The notes: a model not told the origin generated them from the letters alone. Counted from the first letter of the stretch, positions 30,809 to 40,552 are shown. The stretch: DNA of 64,000 nucleotides from Bacteroidota bacterium (GCA_947476185.1 CANJPX010000011.1:1491-65490); one strand, 5' to 3'. Numbers and translations are program-made.

Positions 30809-31678
30809 TTAATAATACAATTCATCCGATTTTAAACGCAAGTATTTGCGCACAGCCAAGGAAGTGCTTATCCAGGAGATAATGATGCCCAACAATATTA
30901 CAATTCCGAATAGAGAAGCTAACATATTAGGATCTTGTAAGTCCGCTAATTCAGGCAATTGCTTCTGAATAAAAAATAAAAAACCGATCAACATCGCTAT
31001 CGCTATACCAGCTCCGTATATGCCATGCCGTATACCTTTTAACACAAATGGCCGCCTGATGAACCCTTGCGTTGCACCAACCAATTGCATTGTTTTAATA
31101 ATAAACCGTTTACTGTAAATGGTTAATCGGATGGTATTGTTTATGAGCGCCAGTGCGATAAACATCAATACACTGCTGATTATCAATACCCATAAACTGA
31201 TCGTTTTTACATTTTCATTGATACTGTTTACCAAAGATTTCTGATAGATCACTTCCTTCACCAAATTGGTTTCCAACAACTCTTTTTCGATCCAGGCCAA
31301 ACTATCCGCATTCGCATACCCGGCCTTTAAACGCACTGTTATCGAAGCCGACAATGGATTAAATCCAAGAAAATCAATGAAATCTTCTCCGATATCTTTC
31401 TGTAATTTTTTTGCTGCTTCATCCTTTGAGATCGATTGCGTAGACTTCACATAATCGGATGCATCCAATGTTTTTATCAGATGCTGAACATCCACTTCCT
31501 TCGCATTATCATTGATAACCACCTGAATACCGATACTCTCTTTAAAATTATCAGACAGTTTGCGTGTGTTCAATATGATGATGCCTAAAAAACCCAGCAT
31601 GAACAATACCAATGAAAGACTTACAATTGTAGTGATCGATGACCCTGCTAACCTTCGTTTTGAATATTTATCCGACAC
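30809..31678 (-). CDS. ftsX: Cell-division permease FtsX
   Basis: S.SLVLFMLG, LGFNPL, INNTIRL.IYSKRF.IKTMQLVGAT..FIRRPF; start placed at GTG 31678. Confidence 0.9.
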   Translation of the reverse strand: MSDKYSKRRLAGSSITTIVSLSLVLFMLGFLGIIILNTRKLSDNFKESIGIQVVINDNAKEVDVQHLIKTLDASDYVKSTQSISKDEAAKKLQKDIGEDFIDFLGFNPLSASITVRLKAGYANADSLAWIEKELLETNLVKEVIYQKSLVNSINENVKTISLWVLIISSVLMFIALALINNTIRLTIYSKRFIIKTMQLVGATQGFIRRPFVLKGIRHGIYGAGIAIAMLIGFLFFIQKQLPELADLQDPNMLASLFGIVILLGIIISWISTSLAVRKYLRLKSDELYY

Positions 31679-31841
31679 AATATTATTTTTCGTTTGTGTA
31701 AAAATATAGCTTTTATACCTTTTGCTCTTGCTTAAATAAAATTGAAATAAACAATTCAACGTTAATAACCTGATACAATTCAAAAATTCCCTCACATTTT
31801 GTATATTCGCAACCTTATAATTTCAGCAGAATAACAAATAA

Positions 31842-34800
31842 ATGGAATACAATTTCAGAGAAGTAGAAAAGCGGTGGCAGGCCTTTTGGGCGGAAAATAA
31901 AACGTTTCGTGCTGAAGACAGATCGTCCAAACCAAAATATTATGTATTGGACATGTTTCCTTATCCAAGCGGTGCGGGATTGCATGTAGGTCACCCATTA
32001 GGATATATCGCTTCCGATATTTTTGCACGTTACAAACGTCTGAAAGGATATAATGTATTGCATCCGATGGGTTACGACTCCTTTGGACTTCCTGCAGAGC
32101 AATATGCAATTCAAACAGGACAACATCCCGAAATAACTACTAAAACAAATATTGCACGTTACCGCGAGCAATTGGATAAGATCGGATTTTCATTTGACTG
32201 GGACAGGGAAGTGCGCACTTCAAATCCCGATTATTACAAATGGACACAGTGGATCTTTATTCAACTTTTTAATTCATGGTATAATCCCGAAACGGATAAA
32301 GCAGAAAATATTTCTACGTTAATAGAAAAATTACGGAGCAATACCCTCTCCTTTGGAGAGGGCCGCGGTGAGACATTCTCCTCTCTTTCCGAAAAGGAAC
32401 AATCTGATCTATTGTTAGAACACCGGCTTGCATATCTAAGCGATACAATGGTGAACTGGTGTCCGCAATTGGGTACTGTACTCGCTAATGAGGAAGTGAA
32501 AGATGGTGTTTCTGAACGTGGCGGTTATCCCGTTGAACGGAAGTTGATGAAACAATGGAGCATGCGTATCACCGCTTATGCGGATAGATTATTGAAAGGT
32601 CTGGATGGCATCGACTGGACAGAATCTATCAAGGAAGCACAACGAAATTGGATAGGAAAAAGTGAAGGAACAAGTTTAAAATTCAGCCTCGCCCCTAATC
32701 CCTCTCCAAAGGAGAGGGGAAGCGAACCCGGTTATCATACTGCTAATAAAAAAATATGGGAAATATTAAAAGAGCATTCCAGAGAAAATAGAAAAAATCA
32801 AACTGAATCAGAACAAATACTTTGGGAAAAGGTTCGTGATAGCAGACTAGGTTTTAAAATAAGGAGACAACATGCAATTGATAATTTTATTGCAGATTTT
32901 GCTTGTCTTGAAAAAAAATTAATTATCGAAGTCGATGGTAAGATACATGATTCTCAGCAAGAATATGACGAAGGAAGAACATATCGTTTAGAAGAAATAG
33001 GATATAATGTTATTCGTTTTTCAAATGATTCTGTGAAAAATAAAATTGATTGGGTGTGCAGCGAAATTGTTAAGGCGTTGCAATCACCCCTCTCCTTTGG
33101 AGAGGGGCAAGGGGGTGAGGCTTTTATTGAAGTATTTACCACAAGACCCGACACGATCTTCGGAGTTTCTTTTGTTACGCTTGCTCCGGAGCATGAATTA
33201 GTTTCACAACTTACCACACCTCAACAAAAAAAAACAGTTGATGAATATATCCTGTTTGCAAAAAATCGCAGTGAACGCGAACGAATGGCGGATGTAAAAA
33301 AGATATCCGGAGTTTTTACCGGAGCCTATGTTCTTCATCCCTTCACCGGAAAACAAATTCCGATCTGGATCGGTGATTATGTGTTGGCCGGTTACGGAAC
33401 AGGCGCTGTAATGGCGGTTCCCGGACACGACTCGCGCGACTATGCCTTTGCAAAACATTTTGAAATTGATATTATTCAAGTTGTTCTCCCCCCTTCTCCT
33501 TTGGAGAAGGGGCCGGGGGATGAGGCCTACGATGCAAAGGAAGGCAAATTAATAAATTCCGATTTCTTAAATGGATTGGAAGTGAAAGCAGCTGTTAAAA
33601 AAGCAATTGCTGTTATTGAAGAAAAATCTTTAGGAAAAGGCAAAACGAATTTCCGTTTGCGCGATGCTGTTTTTGGCCGTCAACGTTATTGGGGTGAACC
33701 AATTCCTGTATATTATGAAAATGGTATTCCGAAAGTTTTAGATGAAAATGAATTGCCATTAGTACTTCCTGAAGTAGATAAATATTTACCAACCGAAAGC
33801 GGTGAACCACCATTGGCACGTGCTACAAATTGGAAGTACAGGCCAAAATCCTCCTTCGAAGGGGGCAAGGGGGATGATGCCTATGCATACGAACATTCTA
33901 CAATGCCCGGATGGGCAGGCTCATCCTGGTATTTTTTACGATACATGGATGCACACAACCGGAAAGAATTTGTGAGCAAAGAAGCCGTTGATTATTGGCA
34001 AAATGTTGACCTATACATTGGTGGTGCAGAACATGCAACAGGACATTTATTATACGTTCGTTTCTGGACAAAATTTTTAAATGATCTTGGATTAATTCCT
34101 TTTTCAGAACCCGCTAAGAAGTTGATCAATCAAGGGATGATACAGGGGGTGAGTAGTTTTGTATACAGAATAGAAAATTCAAATAAATTTGTTTCAATTG
34201 GCTTAAAAAAAGATTTTGAAACTACAGCACTTCACGTTGACGTAAATATTGTAAACAACAATACATTAGATATAGACGCTTTCAAAAACTGGAGAGAAGA
34301 ATATAAGGATGCAGAATTTATTTTGGAAGATGGGAAATACATCTGCGGAAGTGAAGTAGAAAAAATGTCCAAATCGAAATGGAATGTTGTGAGTCCGGAT
34401 CTGATGGTTGAACAATACGGCGCAGACTGTTTGCGCTTATATGAAATGTTCCTCGGTCCGCTTGAACTTTCCAAACCATGGAATACAAACGGAATTTCAG
34501 GTGTTTCAAATTTCATCCGTAAACTTTGGAGGTTGTATCAAAAGGACGAGACATTTTCTGTTTCCAACGAAGCTGCAACAAAACCGGAACTAAAAGCATT
34601 ACACAAAACCATCAAAAAGATCATTCATGATATTGAAAATTTCTCTTTCAATACTTCTGTGAGTAGCTTTATGATCTGTGTAAACGAATTAACAGATCTG
34701 AAATGCAATAAACGTGAAATTTTAGAACCGCTAGCCATCATCATTGCTCCGTATGCACCTCATCTTGCAGAAGAACTCTGGAAAAACTTGGGTCATGCAG

Positions 34801-35042
34801 AAACGATCACCTACGCTGCTTTCCCTGAATGTATCGAATCGTACCTCGTTGAAAGCACTTTCAGTTATCCCGTTTCCTTTAACGGGAAAACGCGCTTTTT
34901 TCAGGAATACGACCTTTCATTGAACAAAGAACAAATAGAAAAAGAAGTATTGACCCTTGAACAAACTCAGAAATACCTAGATGGAAAAGCACCTAAAAAG
35001 GTCATCGTGGTTCACAATAAGATCATAAATATTGTCGTTTAA
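31842..35042 (+). CDS. leuS: Leucine--tRNA ligase with in-frame DUF559 cassette and repeat-derived inserts
   Basis: [14 protein letters not shown] (HIGH), TTRPDT and [14 protein letters not shown] (CP1 editing domain), KMSKS; 1066 aa. Confidence 0.97.
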   Translation: MEYNFREVEKRWQAFWAENKTFRAEDRSSKPKYYVLDMFPYPSGAGLHVGHPLGYIASDIFARYKRLKGYNVLHPMGYDSFGLPAEQYAIQTGQHPEITTKTNIARYREQLDKIGFSFDWDREVRTSNPDYYKWTQWIFIQLFNSWYNPETDKAENISTLIEKLRSNTLSFGEGRGETFSSLSEKEQSDLLLEHRLAYLSDTMVNWCPQLGTVLANEEVKDGVSERGGYPVERKLMKQWSMRITAYADRLLKGLDGIDWTESIKEAQRNWIGKSEGTSLKFSLAPNPSPKERGSEPGYHTANKKIWEILKEHSRENRKNQTESEQILWEKVRDSRLGFKIRRQHAIDNFIADFACLEKKLIIEVDGKIHDSQQEYDEGRTYRLEEIGYNVIRFSNDSVKNKIDWVCSEIVKALQSPLSFGEGQGGEAFIEVFTTRPDTIFGVSFVTLAPEHELVSQLTTPQQKKTVDEYILFAKNRSERERMADVKKISGVFTGAYVLHPFTGKQIPIWIGDYVLAGYGTGAVMAVPGHDSRDYAFAKHFEIDIIQVVLPPSPLEKGPGDEAYDAKEGKLINSDFLNGLEVKAAVKKAIAVIEEKSLGKGKTNFRLRDAVFGRQRYWGEPIPVYYENGIPKVLDENELPLVLPEVDKYLPTESGEPPLARATNWKYRPKSSFEGGKGDDAYAYEHSTMPGWAGSSWYFLRYMDAHNRKEFVSKEAVDYWQNVDLYIGGAEHATGHLLYVRFWTKFLNDLGLIPFSEPAKKLINQGMIQGVSSFVYRIENSNKFVSIGLKKDFETTALHVDVNIVNNNTLDIDAFKNWREEYKDAEFILEDGKYICGSEVEKMSKSKWNVVSPDLMVEQYGADCLRLYEMFLGPLELSKPWNTNGISGVSNFIRKLWRLYQKDETFSVSNEAATKPELKALHKTIKKIIHDIENFSFNTSVSSFMICVNELTDLKCNKREILEPLAIIIAPYAPHLAEELWKNLGHAETITYAAFPECIESYLVESTFSYPVSFNGKTRFFQEYDLSLNKEQIEKEVLTLEQTQKYLDGKAPKKVIVVHNKIINIVV
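32344..32372 (+). repeat. In-frame solo hairpin element in leuS (peptide [10 protein letters not shown])
   Basis: CCCTCTCC-TTT-GGAGAGGG-CCGCGGTGAG. Confidence 0.85.
32685..33122 (+). mobile_element. Inverted-repeat-bounded DUF559 (Vsr-like) endonuclease cassette fused in frame within leuS
   Basis: Left AGCCTCGCCCCTAATCCCTCTCCAAAGGAGAGGGG, right CCCCTCTCCTTTGGAGAGGGGCAAGGGGGTGAGGCT (inverted); core R.NQTESE..LW..VR....[24 protein letters not shown].....YD..R...L...GY.VIRFSN; mobility is inferred, not shown. Confidence 0.8.
33490..33526 (+). repeat. In-frame solo hairpin element in leuS (peptide [12 protein letters not shown])
   Basis: CCCCTTCTCC-TTT-GGAGAAGGGG-CCGGGGGATGAGGC. Confidence 0.88.
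33849..33877 (+). repeat. In-frame solo hairpin element in leuS (peptide [10 protein letters not shown])
   Basis: TCCTCCTTCGAAGGGGGCAAGGGGGATGA; matches the intergenic copy at 10371-10397. Confidence 0.8.
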
Positions 35043-35063
35043 AGATAAACGCGGTAAATAATT

Positions 35064-35094
35064 GAAAAAGGAGCGTTTTTAATGCTCCTTTTTC
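35064..35094 (+). terminator. Intrinsic terminator after leuS
   Basis: GAAAAAGGAGCGTT / AATGCTCCTTTTTC. Confidence 0.75.
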
Positions 35095-35182
35095 CGTTTC
35101 TAACCTTTTGATACCCTATTTCGTAAAAAAACCAGGATTTGGCATAAGGTTTGGATTAGTCTATTCAACTAAACTCAATACA

Positions 35183-36007
35183 ATGAAAAAGTTTGTTTTA
35201 ATAGGAACAGTAACAATGATTGCAGGTATTGCCTGTTTATCATTTCAGAAAGAAAAAGAATTGCCTCAGGTAAACATTGAAGGTCCTGTAAAAGAACTTC
35301 CAATAGTAAATAATGAAGCATTCAAACGTGGTGAATTATTAACCTTCCGTATGCACTACGGGATCATTGAGGCTGGTATTGCAACGCTCGGAATTACAGA
35401 AGAGGCAAGAGAAATTGCCGGAAGAAAAACATATCACGTAGTTGGATTAGGTGAATCAAGAGGTGCTTTCGACTTTTTTTATAAAGTACGTGACCGATAC
35501 GAAACATTCATTGATGAAAAATCGATTGTGCCTTGGGTTTTCTTGCGTCACGTGAATGAAGGCGGTTATACCATCAATCAAAGTTATGTGTTCAACCGTT
35601 ATAGCGAAAATGTAAATGTCGGGAATGGTGAAACATTCAAAGTTGAACCGAACATGCAAGATATGTTATCAGCTTTTTATGCAGCCCGCAATTTAGATCT
35701 GGGGGGTGCAAAACCAGGCGAAACATATGCTATCAATTGTTTTATGGATAAAGAAGTTTGGCCCTTAAAAGTAAAATTCATCGGCCGTGAAACAATTACT
35801 ACCGATCTTGGAACATTCAAATGCCTGAAATACAGACCTATTGTTCAACAAGGTCGTGTTTTTAAACATGAAGAAGATGTGAATATCTGGATTACAGACG
35901 ATAAAAATCACATTCCTGTTTTAGGTCAAGCCGATGTTTTAGTAGGTTCTATCAAAGCAGAACTAAAATCCTATAAAGGTTTAGCAAACCCTGTTTCAAA
36001 AATTTAA
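35183..36007 (+). CDS. DUF3108-like exported protein
   Basis: AF..GE.L.FR.HYG, F.KVRDRYET.ID, DMLSAFY, WITDDKNHIPV; start placed at ATG 35183. Confidence 0.8.
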   Translation: MKKFVLIGTVTMIAGIACLSFQKEKELPQVNIEGPVKELPIVNNEAFKRGELLTFRMHYGIIEAGIATLGITEEAREIAGRKTYHVVGLGESRGAFDFFYKVRDRYETFIDEKSIVPWVFLRHVNEGGYTINQSYVFNRYSENVNVGNGETFKVEPNMQDMLSAFYAARNLDLGGAKPGETYAINCFMDKEVWPLKVKFIGRETITTDLGTFKCLKYRPIVQQGRVFKHEEDVNIWITDDKNHIPVLGQADVLVGSIKAELKSYKGLANPVSKI

Positions 36008-36028
36008 TTAAGCAATATCCCCATATGC

Positions 36029-36067
36029 AAAAATGCCTCCCTCTGTTAATCTGAAGGAGGCATTTTT
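36029..36067 (+). terminator. Intrinsic terminator
   Basis: AAAAATGCCTCC / GGAGGCATTTTT. Confidence 0.7.
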
Positions 36068-36191
36068 ATTTACAGCCCCAAAATTTGCATCATCGCGATG
36101 GAGCTGCCATTATTAAAAAGCTCTTCCTGAAAAACATTTTTTATTATTTCTACCTTTTAACTATCTTGCAATCGATTAAAAAAAAATTACA

Positions 36192-37160
36192 ATGAAATTA
36201 AAACCGGAAATAGTTGACCGCATAAAATTATTGGATGAGAAATTTCAAACAATGGGACAAGATCTTGCATCTTATCTAGATGGATTGTTATACGCTGATT
36301 ACCTGACTTATTGGGATTACATTCACCTCGACACATTATTAAGTCTGCAGAGTCCGAAAACAAAAATACCGGATGAAGAGATCTTTATCATGTACCACCA
36401 AATTACAGAGTTGTATTTTAAACTTTGTTTACACGAATACAATCAGCTTGCGGAAAAAAAAGATATTGATGTTAAATTTTTAACCGACCGCATCAATCGT
36501 ATCAATCGCTATTTCGAAGGATTAATTTCTTCTTTTGATATCATGGTGGATGGAATGGATCCAAAACAATTCCTGAAATTCAGAATGAGCTTATTACCCG
36601 CAAGTGGCTTCCAATCCGGACAATACAGAATGATTGAAATATGTTCTACCACTTTCAAAAATTTGGTTGCGAAGGATATCCGCGATACTTTTAATGATGA
36701 TCTGAATGATGAACAGATCGCGAAAATGTATGAACATATTTACTGGAAGGCTGGAGCAACGGAGCTTGCAACAGGTAAAAAAACATTGACACTTATTCAA
36801 TTCGAAGAAAAATATCAAAAAATATTTATTGAACTGGCACAAAGATTCAAGCACACCAATTTGTTAGCACTCTACAAATCAATGTCGGAAGAGGATCAGA
36901 AAAATGAAAACCTGGTGATGGCACTCCGTCAAATGGATGTGAATGTAAATATCAACTGGCCTTTGTCGCATTACAAATCTGCTGTTCGTTATCTTCAAAA
37001 AGACCCGGAAGATATCGCTGCAACAGGTGGAACAAACTGGCAAAAATATCTGCCTCCGCGTTTCCAAAAACGTATTTTTTATCCTGAATTATGGAATGAT
37101 ATCGAAGTGGATGAATGGGGTAAAACCTGGGTAAAATCTGTAGCCTTCGGAATAAAATAA
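36192..37160 (+). CDS. kynA: Tryptophan 2,3-dioxygenase family protein
   Basis: YWDYI.LD.LL.LQ, DE.IFI.YHQITELYFK, F..FR..L.PASGFQS.QYR.IE. Confidence 0.88.
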   Translation: MKLKPEIVDRIKLLDEKFQTMGQDLASYLDGLLYADYLTYWDYIHLDTLLSLQSPKTKIPDEEIFIMYHQITELYFKLCLHEYNQLAEKKDIDVKFLTDRINRINRYFEGLISSFDIMVDGMDPKQFLKFRMSLLPASGFQSGQYRMIEICSTTFKNLVAKDIRDTFNDDLNDEQIAKMYEHIYWKAGATELATGKKTLTLIQFEEKYQKIFIELAQRFKHTNLLALYKSMSEEDQKNENLVMALRQMDVNVNINWPLSHYKSAVRYLQKDPEDIAATGGTNWQKYLPPRFQKRIFYPELWNDIEVDEWGKTWVKSVAFGIK

Positions 37161-37172
37161 ATTTACCCCTGC

Positions 37173-38297
37173 TTAAAGTCCTTCTCCCTCAGAGAGCGAC
37201 TTAGGCTGAGGTTTGTTCATCACATCTGTTTGTCGAAAGATAGATTCATCATGAATCAACTGATAGACACCTTTTATAAAATTTTCGCGCAATCCCAATT
37301 GGTTAGCTGTTTCTATGCTCGACTCGATCAGTTTTGACCAATGAAAAACTTGTAATATTGTAATATTATTATCGCGTTTGTATTCCCCGATCTCTGTAGA
37401 AACGGCCATCCGCTTAGCGAGAAGCTCTAAAAGATCTTTATCCAATTTCCCGATTATCGATCTCAGTTCATCTAATTTGGTCTGCAACTCCCTGCTTTCA
37501 ATTGATGCAGAACGTATTTTAAGATCATCAATTATTACTTTAAGCTCAGCAGGCCTTACTTGTTGCTTCGCATCACTCAGTGCAACTCCGGGATTTATAT
37601 GTGTCTCGATCATCAAACCGTCCATTTCCAAATCCATCGCTTTTTGTGCGATATAAGGAATTAGATCCGGTGTTCCACCGATATGTGAAGGATCACAAAT
37701 CATCGGTAGGTCAGGACAAGCCGCTTTCAGATCGATCGCTAATTCCCATTTCGGAGAATTCCGGAAAGGACCATTATCATATGAATTAAAACCACGGTGA
37801 ATGGCAGCAATTTTTTTTATTCCGGCATTATTTATTCTTTCCAAAGCTCCTGCCCATAATTGCAAATCGGGATAAATTGGATTTTTTACAAATAGCGGAA
37901 TATCTACACCTTTTAATGCATCCGCAATTTCCTGAACAGAAAAAGGATTTACGGTTGTTCTGGCGCCAATCCACAAAATATCGATTCCTGCTTTCAGACA
38001 TTTTTCAACATGGTCGGCAGTAGCAACTTCTGTAGCAGTAAGCAATCCCGTTTGCTGCTTAACAAGCTTCATCCATTCCAAGCCAACATCGCCAATCCCT
38101 TCGAATGTGTTCGGACGGGTACGCGGCTTCCATAAACCTGCACGGAAAATACTGTTTGGAAAAAATGTTGCAATTCCTTTTGCTGTCGCCAGCATTTGCT
38201 CTTCGCTTTCTGCACTGCAAGGACCGGCAATAAGCAAGGGCTTATTATTTTTTGGAAACCATTCTTTTAATGGTAATATGTCAAGGTCTAATTTCAA
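37173..38297 (-). CDS. Bifunctional DAHP synthase / chorismate mutase type II
   Basis: IAGPCSAESEEQ, WKPRTRP..FEG.G, IGAR, DPSH, SDA.QQ; C-terminal AroQ-like LD.LR..I..LD...R....IG.YK; TTG start. Confidence 0.92.
   Translation of the reverse strand: MKLDLDILPLKEWFPKNNKPLLIAGPCSAESEEQMLATAKGIATFFPNSIFRAGLWKPRTRPNTFEGIGDVGLEWMKLVKQQTGLLTATEVATADHVEKCLKAGIDILWIGARTTVNPFSVQEIADALKGVDIPLFVKNPIYPDLQLWAGALERINNAGIKKIAAIHRGFNSYDNGPFRNSPKWELAIDLKAACPDLPMICDPSHIGGTPDLIPYIAQKAMDLEMDGLMIETHINPGVALSDAKQQVRPAELKVIIDDLKIRSASIESRELQTKLDELRSIIGKLDKDLLELLAKRMAVSTEIGEYKRDNNITILQVFHWSKLIESSIETANQLGLRENFIKGVYQLIHDESIFRQTDVMNKPQPKSLSEGEGL
37178..37211 (-). repeat. Degenerate hairpin element encoding the last residues of the DAHP/CM protein (PQPKSLSEGEGL*)
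   Basis: Minus strand CCTCAGCCTAAGTCGCTCTCTGAGGGAGAAGGAC aligns with the leuS left repeat CCTCGCCCCTAATCCCTCTCCAAAGGAGAGGGGA. Confidence 0.65.
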
Positions 38298-38308
38298 ATC
38301 ATATAAAG

Positions 38309-39283
38309 TTACCAGCCAAGGATCCAGGCAAACATTAATGGTGCAACAATGGTAGCATCACTTTCCACAATAAATTTAGGCGTATGAATATCTAACTTAC
38401 CCCAAGTGATCTTTTCGTTTGGAACAGCTCCTGAATATGAACCATAACTTGTTGTTGAATCAGAGATCTGACAAAAATAACTCCAGAAAGGAACATCGTG
38501 CATTTCCATATCCTGATAAAGCATCGGAACAACACAAATAGGGAAATCTCCTGCAATACCACCACCAATTTGGAAAAAACCAATTCCTTTTCCACCGGAA
38601 TTTTTCGGATACCAATCCGCTAGCCAAGCCATGTATTCAATCCCAGATTTCATGGTGGAAGCCTTTATCTCTTTTTTTATTACATAAGAAGTAAAGATAT
38701 TGCCCATCGTAGAATCTTCCCAACCCGGAACTACAATAGGTAAATTACGCTCTGCAGCAGCCAACATCCAGGAATCTTTAGGATCAATCTCGTAATATTG
38801 TTTCAATTCTCCACTCAACAATATCTTATACATATATTCATGCGGAAAATAACGTTCACCGGCAGTATCTGCATCTTTCCATATTTTATGGATATGCTTT
38901 TGCAATCTGCGGAATGCTTCTTCTTCCGGAATACAGGTGTCTGTAACACGATTGTAATGATTTTCCAAAAGGTCCCATTCATCTTGCGGAGATAGGTCAC
39001 GATAATTCGGGACACGTTTATAATGTGAATGTGCCACCAAATTCATGATATCTTCTTCTAAATTCGCTCCTGTACAAGAAATAATATCAATTTTCCCCTG
39101 ACGGATCATTTCTGCCAATGATTTACCCAATTCCGCAGTACTCATGGCACCGGCAAGGGTAACCATCATTTTTCCTCCTTCGGTTAAATGTGTTTCGTAT
39201 CCTTTGGCAGCATCAACCAAAGCTGCAGCGTTAAAGTGTTTATAATGTTTTTCAATAAAGTTAGAAATAGGTCCTTTGCTCAT
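38309..39283 (-). CDS. Deoxyhypusine synthase-family protein (probable homospermidine synthase)
   Basis: TLAGAM, TGANLEED, DST.G, IGGG, GSYSGA.PNEKITWGK, ESDATI. Confidence 0.9.
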   Translation of the reverse strand: MSKGPISNFIEKHYKHFNAAALVDAAKGYETHLTEGGKMMVTLAGAMSTAELGKSLAEMIRQGKIDIISCTGANLEEDIMNLVAHSHYKRVPNYRDLSPQDEWDLLENHYNRVTDTCIPEEEAFRRLQKHIHKIWKDADTAGERYFPHEYMYKILLSGELKQYYEIDPKDSWMLAAAERNLPIVVPGWEDSTMGNIFTSYVIKKEIKASTMKSGIEYMAWLADWYPKNSGGKGIGFFQIGGGIAGDFPICVVPMLYQDMEMHDVPFWSYFCQISDSTTSYGSYSGAVPNEKITWGKLDIHTPKFIVESDATIVAPLMFAWILGW

Positions 39284-39321
39284 GGCTTTTGAATTTAATT
39301 TTTATCTTATTATTAGGGATG

Positions 39322-39329
39322 CAAAAGTA
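39322..39329 (-). promoter_or_regulatory. -7 promoter element for the DHS-family gene
   Basis: Minus strand TACTTTTG (TAnnTTTG), about 40 nt upstream of the ATG. Confidence 0.55.
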
Positions 39330-39435
39330 ATAGATAATTAAAAATACCAAGCTACTTATGTTAAAAATATGTTATCTGTTCATTATCTGTTAATTACTGT
39401 TGAAAAATAGGAATTGTCATCTAAAAAAAAGATAG

Positions 39436-39443
39436 TACATTTG
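39436..39443 (+). promoter_or_regulatory. -7 promoter element for the LTD/TBDR/nuclease locus
   Basis: TACATTTG (TAnnTTTG), about 110 nt upstream of the ATG. Confidence 0.5.
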
Positions 39444-39551
39444 TTGGGTACTAAATAAGGGAGCGAACAACCTACAAGAATTCTTCAATCGAAGAGTATT
39501 CCGAAACCGCTTCCGTTCGGCATTTAAACAATTTATTTAAAACAAAACATC

Positions 39552-40493
39552 ATGAAGAAACTTTTACTCTCAGTTTTCGCGCTAACGGTGTGTTCGGCTG
39601 TTAATGCACAATGCAATGAACTTTTCATTTCCGAGTATGTTGAAGGAGGCGGAAACGATAAAGCAATTGAAATTTATAATCCAACTAGCAATCCGATCAA
39701 TCTAGCAAACTATATCGTTGCTCGTTTTGGAAATGGTTCTTCAACTTGGGTTAATTCATCAACTGGCGGGATTGATACGACTCATCTTAGAGGTATGATA
39801 CCTGCGCACGGAGTATGGGTATTAGCAAATGGGCAAACTACTGGTGGAACTAGCTCTCCAGCTTGCAGCCCAGTATTACAAGCTTTAGCGAACCAATTAG
39901 ACCATGCGTATACTGCCCCAACCTATATGAACGGAAATGATGCTATTGTATTATTTAATGGTGCAACAATTATCGATATTTTTGGAAAAACAGGCGACGC
40001 TGCAATGACTCCATCAACTGCAAATGGCTGGAGTCAGAACTCTCCTTATGATGGTTCCCCTGGCTCAGGAGTTGTCTGGACACAAGACCATACACTTTTT
40101 CGTCATTCAAATGTGACGCAGGGTGTTACGGTTAATCCTTCGCCGGAATTTATTGTAACTACTGAGTGGGACTCATTAGCAAAGAATACATGGACAGGTC
40201 TTGGTTCACACACTTGTAATTGCTTTACAGGAATTAAGGAAATTGACAATGCTGTTTCAGTATTAGTGTATCCAAACCCAAGTAATTTAGAGTACGTAAA
40301 TGTTTCAACATCAGAAGCAATTATTTCTGTGCACGTTTTCAACACAATCGGTCAAGAAGTTATTGTAAAAGAAGGAAACAAAATTGAAAAAACAATGACC
40401 CTTGAAACTACTAAACTTCCGAAAGGGGTTTACATAGTGAAAGTGCTATTTGATAAAGGAAAATCCACTGTTGTAAAGCTCTCCATACAGTAA
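39552..40493 (+). CDS. Lamin-tail-domain protein with T9SS CTD
   Basis: LFISEYVEG...KAIEIYNPT...L..Y, NGNDAIVL, IDIFG, LGSH; YPNP...KGVY CTD. Confidence 0.85.
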   Translation: MKKLLLSVFALTVCSAVNAQCNELFISEYVEGGGNDKAIEIYNPTSNPINLANYIVARFGNGSSTWVNSSTGGIDTTHLRGMIPAHGVWVLANGQTTGGTSSPACSPVLQALANQLDHAYTAPTYMNGNDAIVLFNGATIIDIFGKTGDAAMTPSTANGWSQNSPYDGSPGSGVVWTQDHTLFRHSNVTQGVTVNPSPEFIVTTEWDSLAKNTWTGLGSHTCNCFTGIKEIDNAVSVLVYPNPSNLEYVNVSTSEAIISVHVFNTIGQEVIVKEGNKIEKTMTLETTKLPKGVYIVKVLFDKGKSTVVKLSIQ

Positions 40494-40504
40494 TTAAGAA
40501 CAAG

Positions 40505-40539
40505 AACTGCTAACGTAAAACATGCGTTAGCAGTTTTTT
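40505..40539 (+). terminator. Intra-locus terminator-like hairpin
   Basis: AACTGCTAACGTA / TGCGTTAGCAGTT followed by TTTT. Confidence 0.7.
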
Positions 40540-40552
40540 ATTTATTATTTGC

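Noticed and set aside
32685-33122. Intein or self-splicing intron as the explanation for the leuS insert
   Set aside because: The insert begins with Ser but has no Hint-domain blocks, no terminal His-Asn and no Cys/Ser/Thr at +1. The nuclease domain fills almost all of it, leaving no room for a splicing domain or a group I/II ribozyme core.
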